Sequence record: SRR22947727_858
Reading direction: 5' to 3' (one strand)
DNA length: 54,577 bases
The translations under genes and the position numbers were made by a program. The notes below the pieces were generated by a model. It did not search any database and was not told the origin of the DNA. It saw only the letters and a program-made list of their open reading frames with translations. This document shows positions 47,560 through 54,577 of the stretch, piece by piece; within the stretch, counting starts at the first letter, position 1; the number at the start of each line of letters is the position of its first letter.

Positions 47560-48400
47560 GGCCTTCGCAGCGGCCAAACTCAACTTGATTTTACACGTTA
47601 CAGGTCATCGTAGCGATGGCTATCATCTTTTGGATTCATACGTTGCTATGGCTGATATTGGCGATCGGATTACTGTTTCACCGGCGGATGAGCTGTCTTT
47701 AAACTGCACTGGCCCTTTTGCACCTGATATTTCTTCGGGGCCGGACAACTTAGTGATGCGGGCTGCTCATTTGTTTGATATCTCCAAGGGCGCGCATATA
47801 CAGTTGGAAAAAAACCTTCCCGCTTCGTCTGGAATTGGCGGCGGCTCAAGCGATGCGGCCGCGACGATACGGGCCTTATCACAGCTGTGGTCGCAGCCTG
47901 TGCCCGCCCTTAGCAAACTGCTGCAGCTTGGCGCTGATATACCGGTTTGCATGTCGTCGCAGTTAACCCGGATGCGGGGGATTGGCGAACAATTAGAGAT
48001 GTTAGGACCGCCGCCGCAATTTCCCATAATTTTGGTCAATCCGCGGCAGGGGGTATCGACGCCGGCGGTGTTCAACGCGCTTGCCTCAAAACAAAACCCT
48101 CCGGTCTTAGAAGCTATGCCTGATCCGCGAAACCGGGAGGCCTGGTTGCTTTGGTTGTCCAAGCAACGCAATGATCTGGAGGTGCCGGCGCAGAACTTGG
48201 TTCCAGTCATCAGGGATGTACTGGCCGCGTTGCGCGCTGCACCCGGCGTGGCTTTGGCGCGTATGTCTGGCTCTGGTGCCACATGTTTTGCCTTGATGCA
48301 AAATGATGCGGCGCGCGACGCGCTTGCTGCAAAGCTGAGGCAAACCCATCCAGATTGGTGGATCGCGTCAACCCGGATATGTTTGGAAACGTTTAGGTGA
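47552..48400 (+). CDS. ispE: 4-diphosphocytidyl-2-C-methyl-D-erythritol kinase
   Basis: AK.NL.LHVTG.R.DGYH.L, KNLP.SSGIGGGSSDAA, LGAD.P, NDLE and RMSGSG.T; ATG at 47552. Confidence 0.94.
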   Translation: MAKAFAAAKLNLILHVTGHRSDGYHLLDSYVAMADIGDRITVSPADELSLNCTGPFAPDISSGPDNLVMRAAHLFDISKGAHIQLEKNLPASSGIGGGSSDAAATIRALSQLWSQPVPALSKLLQLGADIPVCMSSQLTRMRGIGEQLEMLGPPPQFPIILVNPRQGVSTPAVFNALASKQNPPVLEAMPDPRNREAWLLWLSKQRNDLEVPAQNLVPVIRDVLAALRAAPGVALARMSGSGATCFALMQNDAARDALAAKLRQTHPDWWIASTRICLETFR

Positions 48401-49397
48401 TCCGTTCGACCACATAGGTCGCAAGTGTCGCCAAGAGCGCCTTCATCGGGTGGTCGGGCAGCGGGGCTAAGGCGTTTTGGGCCCGGCGCGACCATTGCAA
48501 AGCATCTTGGCGGGTTTCTTCGATTGCATGATGGGTTTTTAAGATCTCCAAAGCCCGTGCAAGGTCACCCTCTTGCTGGTCTCCCTTTTCGATCGTGCGT
48601 TTCCAAAATGCCTGCTCCTCGGCAGTGGATTTCGCAACGGCTTTGATGAATGGTAAGGTCAGCTTGCGTTCGCGAAAATCATCCCCAATATTCTTGCCCA
48701 TCACGTCAGGATCGCCGCTAACATCTAATAGATCATCTACAATTTGAAACGCGACCCCTAGAGCATCACCGTAATCAAACAACGCGGTTTGAACCGCTTT
48801 AGGGGCATTTGCAATTACTCCGCCGACTTCCGTGGCAGCTGAAAACAGGGCAGCGGTTTTACCTCTGACCACTTGCAGATAAATCTCTTCGTTCGTGCTC
48901 AGATCGCGCGCGGCGCTGAGTTGCAAAACTTCGCCTTCTGCGATTGTGGCAGAAGCGTTGGATAAAATGGCCAATACGTCAAGAGACCCAGTGTCTACCA
49001 TCAATTGAAAAGCCCGCGAAAACAGATAATCGCCCACCAATATGGATGATTTATTATCCCAGAGTAGGTTGGCGGTGGGTCGCCCACGCCGCTGCGCGCT
49101 TTCATCGACAACGTCGTCATGCAGCAGGGTGGCGGTATGGATGAATTCGACCGTTGCCGCCAAATGAATATGAAACCCGCCCGTATAGTTGCAAATAGAA
49201 GCGCTTGCTAAGGTTAGCAAGGGGCGCAGACGTTTGCCACCTGCATTGATCAAATGCGCGGTCACTTCCGGAATGCGCGGCGCGTATTGTGAGGCCATGC
49301 GCTGTGAAATCAGCTCATTGACCTGCGCCATCTCTTTTGACAGCAAATTTGCCAATGCATCTTGGGGTTTGGTCACGATGTTCGCTTGATCGCCCAT
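48393..49397 (-). CDS. ispB: Long-chain (octa/decaprenyl) polyprenyl diphosphate synthase
   Basis: GGKRLRP, LLHDDVVD...RRG, GKTA.LF, FQIVDDLLD and GK..GDD..E.K.TLP; start uncertain. Confidence 0.9.
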   Translation of the reverse strand: MGDQANIVTKPQDALANLLSKEMAQVNELISQRMASQYAPRIPEVTAHLINAGGKRLRPLLTLASASICNYTGGFHIHLAATVEFIHTATLLHDDVVDESAQRRGRPTANLLWDNKSSILVGDYLFSRAFQLMVDTGSLDVLAILSNASATIAEGEVLQLSAARDLSTNEEIYLQVVRGKTAALFSAATEVGGVIANAPKAVQTALFDYGDALGVAFQIVDDLLDVSGDPDVMGKNIGDDFRERKLTLPFIKAVAKSTAEEQAFWKRTIEKGDQQEGDLARALEILKTHHAIEETRQDALQWSRRAQNALAPLPDHPMKALLATLATYVVERIT

Positions 49398-49450
49398 TTT
49401 TCCATTTCCTAAGCTCGACAAGGCGCAGTGATATTACTAAATGTGATGCC

Positions 49451-49663
49451 ATGCAAGAACTGCTCAGAAGCACGGACATCACTTTAATTGCGTATGCACA
49501 GGCGATCCTGAAGGATGCGGAAATTCCTTTTTTTGACTTGGATATAAATACCTCGGTGCTCGAAGGATCTTTGGGGATTTTGCCGCGTCGTTTGATGGTG
49601 CGCGAAGAAGATCACGCGGCGGCGCTGCGCTTAATGATCGCGCATAAGATTGAGCTGCGATGA
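49451..49663 (+). CDS. DUF2007 domain protein (PII-like putative signal transducer)
   Basis: M.ELLR.TD...I.....L....I....LD...S.LEGS.GILPRRLMV...D; ATG at 49451. Confidence 0.8.
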   Translation: MQELLRSTDITLIAYAQAILKDAEIPFFDLDINTSVLEGSLGILPRRLMVREEDHAAALRLMIAHKIELR

Positions 49664-50427
49664 CCTTTGATTCGGATTTGCATAGCTATGACCAGTTTTT
49701 AGGGGGCCGTTTGACGGTTGCTCAGCCCAAGACGGGGTATCGCGCGGGGGTTGATCCTGTCTTGCTTGCCGCCTCGGTTCCCGCGGGCAGGGGCGAAAGC
49801 GTTTTAGAACTTGGCTGCGGTGTTGGCGTGGCCAGCCTGTGTTTGGCGGCCCGTGTCCCAGGCTTGAAAATAACCGGAGTTGAAATTCAGCCTGATGCCG
49901 CGATCCTGGCTGCCCAAAACGCGCAGCATAACGGTTGCAAATTGACAGTTATCACAGGAGATATCGCATCCCCTCCAGCTGCGCTAAGGGGTGAAAACTT
50001 TGATTTCGTGATTGCCAATCCCCCTTATTTTGACCGCGCACAAAGCAGCCCCGCCCCGCATCAGGCGCGCGAACGCGCTCTGGGAGAGCAAACGCCATTG
50101 AAGATTTGGGTTAAGCTTGCCGCCAAACGGTTGCGCCCAAAGGGCTATGCCCATTTCATTTTTCGCAGCGAAAGGCTGCAGGATTTTATGGCCGTCTTAC
50201 CCGATGATCTGGGCAGCTTACAGGTTGTGCCGATCGCACCGCGTAAAGGGCGCGAAAGCGGTTTGATGCTTTTGCGCATGCGCAAAGCCGGCCGAGCGAA
50301 TTTCCGCCTTATGGCGCCTTTGATCCTGCATGAGGGCGATCGCCACCGCCACGATGGTGACTCTTATACAGGTTTGGTCAGCTCAGTTTTGCGCAATAGT
50401 GCAGATTTAGTGTCGATTTGGGATTAA
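49660..50427 (+). CDS. SAM-dependent methyltransferase, tRNA1(Val) A37 N6 (YfiC/TrmN6)-like
   Basis: Q...GYRAG.D.VLLAA, LELGCGVG and ANPPYF motifs. Confidence 0.82.
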   Translation: MTFDSDLHSYDQFLGGRLTVAQPKTGYRAGVDPVLLAASVPAGRGESVLELGCGVGVASLCLAARVPGLKITGVEIQPDAAILAAQNAQHNGCKLTVITGDIASPPAALRGENFDFVIANPPYFDRAQSSPAPHQARERALGEQTPLKIWVKLAAKRLRPKGYAHFIFRSERLQDFMAVLPDDLGSLQVVPIAPRKGRESGLMLLRMRKAGRANFRLMAPLILHEGDRHRHDGDSYTGLVSSVLRNSADLVSIWD

Positions 50428-50541
50428 ACTAAAGCGGCTCGGCGAAACTTCTCCTATTTTGGGAGAATAAATTTTTTCTCAGTGACAGGTTTGTAAATTT
50501 ATGGTGCCATCGAACCATGGCTACACAGGAGGTTGAGCAAT

Positions 50542-50706
50542 ATGACAGTTGTTTCGCATGTGCGGGAATTAAGAAAAAAACATCAAGTTTTGTCAGAGGC
50601 AGTTGAAGAGGCACAAAAATCCTTAGCGATGGATGACTTGCAGATCGCGACTATGAAAAAACAAAAATTACGAATCAAAGAAGAAATTCACAAATTATCG
50701 AGTTGA
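50542..50706 (+). CDS. YdcH/DUF465 family small coiled-coil protein (54 aa; not in ORF track)
   Basis: MTVVSHVRELRKKHQVLSEAVEEAQKSLAMDDLQIATMKKQKLRIKEEIHKLSS*; strong SD AGGAGG; KH..L...KK.KL..KEEI signature. Confidence 0.85.
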   Translation: MTVVSHVRELRKKHQVLSEAVEEAQKSLAMDDLQIATMKKQKLRIKEEIHKLSS

Positions 50707-50742
50707 GCTTTAGCCCCTTTTTATTGTCGGTGATCCGTTTCT

Positions 50743-51441
50743 TTACCCGGATAGATTGGCTTCTTCCAAAATATGAAATTGGCCGTTTCGATCCTCTCCC
50801 ATTAAGGCCAGATGAGCGATAATAAAAGGGCAGTCCAGTTCATGTGCCAGCAAATTTTTTAGTGCTGGTATGATCTTTTCGCGCTGCAAAATGCTAAGGC
50901 GCGACGATAATGTAATGTGAAATTGGAACTCTTGCAGCACATAGGGATAGCCCCATTGGTGTAAAAAGTCGTTTTGGCGCGGGCTCAGGCGGGCATTGCG
51001 GCGGCGGTTTAGATCGTTCTGGTCTAAAGGTGCGCGAAACGGATCAAAGGCTTCAAGGCAGTTTTTGCCAAGCTCAAAGAGGGCAGCGGATTGCCTTTGG
51101 GGTCTTAACGAGATGAACCCGCCCTGCTCAGAGAGCGTTAAATTGCCCAAAGCTGTAGGTTTTTGATGATTGCAAAAGCCGTGGAATGCGCTGCGCAGGG
51201 CAGGTTCATTCTGCGTTGTTTGCAGTCGAAAAGGGGCTTTTAAGGTTGCGTGAAGCCCATATTTCCGTGGTTTTTTTGTAAAATATTCTCGGTCAGCCAA
51301 CGGCTCTGAAAACGCGTTTTCAGAGCTTATATATTGGCCTTTGCGGCAATCCCAGCCCAGCCATGCCCGTCCAAACTTGGCCAATGCCCCCTTGGGAACA
51401 AAATAAATCGCATATCTTTTGAACATAGTTTGGTCGGTCAT
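50743..51441 (-). CDS. DUF1045 family protein (2H-phosphoesterase fold, usually phn-linked)
   Basis: RYAIYF.P, WLG, P.KYG.HATLKAPF.L and WGYPYV..EF.FHITL (two HxT motifs). Confidence 0.82.
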   Translation of the reverse strand: MTDQTMFKRYAIYFVPKGALAKFGRAWLGWDCRKGQYISSENAFSEPLADREYFTKKPRKYGLHATLKAPFRLQTTQNEPALRSAFHGFCNHQKPTALGNLTLSEQGGFISLRPQRQSAALFELGKNCLEAFDPFRAPLDQNDLNRRRNARLSPRQNDFLHQWGYPYVLQEFQFHITLSSRLSILQREKIIPALKNLLAHELDCPFIIAHLALMGEDRNGQFHILEEANLSG

Positions 51442-51496
51442 TTCGCTTTCTTTGAAGTTAAAGCGTTGGGCAAAAAACCACGCGATTTCTTCACGG

Positions 51497-52522
51497 TTAG
51501 GCCGATCTTAGCGTGTCACCTGGTGAAAGCGTTGGTGTCAGTTCAACGATTTTTTCACCCAATGTCAGGGCGCCCGAGATCCGATCGCAAATGATTTGTG
51601 CGGCCTGTCGGCCAATCTGCAAGCGACAGGCATCCATCGTGGCCAATTGCAGTGGTAGGCCTTGCAGCAACTCAACACCATTAAAGCCCGCTAAACCAAT
51701 TTTTTGTGGAATATCCGCCTTTTGGTTCAAAAGATGCAACAGACCACCCGCGCCAATCATATCGTTTGAGAAATACAAAAAATCTAAATCGGGTGAGCGC
51801 ATGAGCATATCAGTGGTCATATCGCGCCCTTTCGCCAAGGCAGAGCCACCCGAATAAAATTCTTTATCAGCGATTTCTATACCGGATTGCAAAAGCCTCT
51901 CTGAAAAGCCTTCGAAGCGTTTGCGTGCGCGATGGTCGAGGGGCATTTTTGTGCCCATAAATCCAATTTTGCGATATCCTGCATCCAAAATAAGCTGCGC
52001 CATTTCACGCCCGGCGCGCCGATGCGAAATGCCAACGGCGCAATCGGTGGCAGTGCCGTCAATATCCATAATTTCAACGATTGGTATCCCTGAAGATTGC
52101 AGCATTTTTTGCGACCGTTCAGAATGTTCTAAGCCCGCGATAATAACGCCAGATGGGCGCCATGACAGCATTTTGTATAACACGCTTTCTTCGGTTTCAG
52201 GCAGATAGTTTGTGATCCCAATAACCGCTTGCAGCTCGGTATTTTCCAGAACTTCATTTATCCCCATCATAACTTCGGGAAAGACCATGTTGGACATAGA
52301 CGGAATGATAACGGCGATCAGATTCACCCTTTGGCTTGCCAAAGCGCCAGCGATTTTATTTGGCACATAGCCCAAATCATGGGCGGCTTTGAGTACCTTT
52401 TCGCGGGTGGTTTGCGACACATCCCCGCTGTCGCGTAGAACGCGGCTGACGGTCATTTCCGAAACGCCGCAGGCTTCTGAAACATCTCGTAACGTCAATG
52501 AGCGTGGTGGAGTTTTTGACAC
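51497..52522 (-). CDS. LacI family transcriptional regulator (GntR/IdnR-like)
   Basis: TLRDVS..CGVSEMTVSRVL HTH, LGYVPN..A hinge and sugar-binding domain with D..R..GF and ND..G.G; GTG at 52522 with SD AGGA. Confidence 0.9.
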   Translation of the reverse strand: MSKTPPRSLTLRDVSEACGVSEMTVSRVLRDSGDVSQTTREKVLKAAHDLGYVPNKIAGALASQRVNLIAVIIPSMSNMVFPEVMMGINEVLENTELQAVIGITNYLPETEESVLYKMLSWRPSGVIIAGLEHSERSQKMLQSSGIPIVEIMDIDGTATDCAVGISHRRAGREMAQLILDAGYRKIGFMGTKMPLDHRARKRFEGFSERLLQSGIEIADKEFYSGGSALAKGRDMTTDMLMRSPDLDFLYFSNDMIGAGGLLHLLNQKADIPQKIGLAGFNGVELLQGLPLQLATMDACRLQIGRQAAQIICDRISGALTLGEKIVELTPTLSPGDTLRSA

Positions 52523-52745
52523 GTCGCGATTTCCTTTTTGGGCGTTCAGGTAAGGGTAGCCGAGAATTTCCCTCTGGATCAAGCAATATGCCTGTTTTTG
52601 CAAGATAGAAGGCGCCGCTGCTGCAAATGTTTTGAGTAGGCTTAACCAGGCCGTTCCATTAATAGGCTTTTCGGTGCGGATGCTTTTTTGCTCTGGTCTT
52701 TTTTGCGCTATGGCGGTTCATTTACTTGCCGGCGCTGAACGCGGC

Positions 52746-53132
52746 TTAGCGGGGCTGCTCGTTGAGCACTTTGCGGGCTGCACGAAAACATTCTAAAGCC
52801 TGTGGCACGCCACAATAAATACCCACAACATGAATGATTGCGCGAATTTCCTCGGGGGTCACGCCGTTGTTTAAAGCGCCTTTACAATGCAGTTCCCATT
52901 CATGCATTTTGCCCAATGCCGCAATCATGGATAGGTTCATCATGCTGCGGGTTTTTGCATCAATCACATCATCGCCCCAACCAAAGCCCCAACACCAGGC
53001 GGTCATGGCTTCTTGGAATGGACGCGTGAGCTCATCGGCTGCGGCCAAGTTCGTCTCTACATACTCAGCTCCTAAAGTGGCTTTTCGCTGCTCTAAGCCT
53101 TTTAGAAAAAGGTCTTCGTCAAATAGGCTCAT
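52746..53132 (-). CDS. Carboxymuconolactone decarboxylase (PcaC/CMD) family protein
   Basis: G...RK..LG.EYV, CWG..W, RS, H..GALNNG.T.EEI and YCGVP; ATG at 53132 with SD GGAG. Confidence 0.85.
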   Translation of the reverse strand: MSLFDEDLFLKGLEQRKATLGAEYVETNLAAADELTRPFQEAMTAWCWGFGWGDDVIDAKTRSMMNLSMIAALGKMHEWELHCKGALNNGVTPEEIRAIIHVVGIYCGVPQALECFRAARKVLNEQPR

Positions 53133-53787
53133 CTGGGTCTCCAAATTTTAATGTTGAGGGTCTAATGTGATGTGGTGCGGCATGTGTACGCGGCGCGATT
53201 GTCGATGACCAGCCCCGGCTGGCTGGCAAATATTTGCTAGCCATATTCAAAATACTTTGGGCATTTGGCGGATACCCTACCGAAGAAAGGCAGTATATCG
53301 GGGCTCTTAGCTTGCTGTAAAGCAGGTCATCCCTCGTAACTTTTATGTGGCATTTCCCTCGATTCAAGCTGCGGCAAAACGATGAGCGTAAATGTGGTTG
53401 AAGGACGTTCAAGGCTGCGCTGAGACATATAAAAGCCCCTAAATAAGTATCTGCATAAGATCACAATAGTGATCGATACCTATCGCGATAGAGCCTCCCA
53501 GCAAGCAGAATTTCATAAAGTACAGTGCCTCAAAGCACCGTTGAGGCGGCGTGATATTCGCCGGAAGGATCAAGACTTGGGTGGGGTACAAGCCCAGATA
53601 GTATCTTTTGGGCGTCAAATGACAAAACTACCGCTGTTTTGATAACGCGCATTCAAATGGACGTCACAAGGATCAGACAATGCTTATACTCGAGCTGTAA
53701 AATGGGCTCGCAGCGTCAATTGAGTTTGACATAGCAATCCCAAAATGTAGGGTTTTGAGTGGAAGAAAAAGCTTATTGGTTTTTGTA

Positions 53788-54381
53788 ATGGCACGCCCGT
53801 TTGATTTATTATTGTCCGAGCTTCGGACTGTTTATGAAAACCATCAAGAGCTGACGGCTTTTGCGCCGTTCTGCCAAGATGTCACGACTCAGAAGATCGA
53901 ACCAAAACCATTGCTATGTGGACAGGGATTGGCACGTGAAAAAAATGAATTTTTTGACACGCAATATCAGCCACTTTGCGAGGCTGTGGTGGCAGCAGGA
54001 GCCCAAGCGCGTTGGCGCGAAACCTATAAACATACCAAGGTCGGGCAAGATTTTTTAGATCGATTTGGGTGCTTTACAATCATTGGTCCCGAAGGAGGCT
54101 TTCAAAGCGGCCAACTTTGGGCGTGGGCCGTATATATGCCACCCCATCTATATTACCCCTGGCACGAGCACCCAGCCGAAGAAAGCTATTTGGTGATTGC
54201 TGGTGAGGCCGAGTTTATGCGGGCTGGGCAGGCGCCGCGTTTTTTAAATCCCGGAGATGTTATTTTTCACGCCGCGCAGCAACCGCATGCTTTGCAAACG
54301 CATGAAGCTGGGGTGTTGGCGCTGGTGTTTTGGCGCAACGGCTTTGGGATCTTGCCCGTGCTAAGCGAAGACCCGTCATAA
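53788..54381 (+). CDS. dddQ: DMSP lyase, DddQ-type cupin
   Basis: WR.TY, DF.DRF.C..IIG..G.F.S, VYMP..LYYPWH.HPAEE.Y..IAGEAEF, FH....PHA..T and ALV.WR follow the roseobacter DddQ cupin pattern as I recall it. Confidence 0.78.
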   Translation: MARPFDLLLSELRTVYENHQELTAFAPFCQDVTTQKIEPKPLLCGQGLAREKNEFFDTQYQPLCEAVVAAGAQARWRETYKHTKVGQDFLDRFGCFTIIGPEGGFQSGQLWAWAVYMPPHLYYPWHEHPAEESYLVIAGEAEFMRAGQAPRFLNPGDVIFHAAQQPHALQTHEAGVLALVFWRNGFGILPVLSEDPS

Positions 54382-54555
54382 AGCGCATCAGAAGCTGTAA
54401 GGGCTTTTTTATATCAGAAGATGAATTGGATTGTTAAGGGTCACGATCCTCAAGATGGTGCATGGGATAAAGCCGATGCATTAGCCTGATAACCCAGATG
54501 CAAGCCTTTTAGGTTGGCGTTGATTGTGTTACCTCCTGTCACAAATAGGCTGAAT

Positions 54556-54577
54556 GGCCCCGTGGCTCAACTGGATA
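54556..54577 (+). tRNA. tRNA 5' portion (probably tRNA-Arg), truncated by window end
   Basis: GGCCCCG-TG-GCTCAACTGGATA = acceptor-stem 5' strand, U8 and D-arm typical of Arg tRNAs; anticodon lies outside the window. Confidence 0.7.

Noticed and set aside
47767..48495. 242-aa minus-strand ORF
   Set aside because: Antisense shadow of ispE
53119..53412. 97-aa minus-strand ORF upstream of the CMD gene
   Set aside because: TTG start, no SD, no motifs and unusual composition; likely spurious
1..54577. CRISPR arrays, IS elements, prophage, retron/DGR reverse transcriptases, toxin-antitoxin or restriction systems
   Set aside because: No repeat-spacer arrays and no ORFs with the corresponding motifs were seen by eye; short degenerate elements could have been missed

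Overview
Compact, gene-dense chromosomal segment from an alphaproteobacterium. Gene content and order (pyrB-pyrC'-plsY, fdhD-mobA-mobB-moeA, greA/ETF-QO/TPR/ispE/ispB, dddQ) point to a marine Roseobacter-group (Rhodobacteraceae) organism; this is inferred, not proven. Most of the window is housekeeping: nitrogen uptake (glnK-amtB), PRPP and pyrimidine synthesis, Moco/MGD synthesis, Mla lipid transport, PBP1A, an RND pump, isoprenoid synthesis and tRNA/rRNA modification. Two regions look accessory. The left end (~0.4-8.9 kb) holds a cysQ-wecA-cysD-cysNC sulfate-activation/glycan module and an XRE-HTH regulator facing what looks like a decapitated gene with an operator-like palindrome. The right end (~50.7-54.6 kb) holds DUF1045, a LacI regulator, a CMD-family gene, a hairpin-rich spacer and a DddQ-type DMSP lyase, followed by a tRNA cut off by the window edge. 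Two small genes missing from the ORF track were read by hand: cytochrome c oxidase subunit IV and a DUF465/YdcH protein. Two proteins look like pseudo-enzymes: PyrC' and a family-4 UDG with eroded catalytic motifs. I saw no CRISPR array, transposase, integrase, reverse transcriptase or rRNA, and no single unmistakable new system. The best leads are the RNase-H-fold-like gene inside the Moco operon, the eroded UDG, the sulfation module and the dddQ islet. All homology calls come from motif recognition without database searches.
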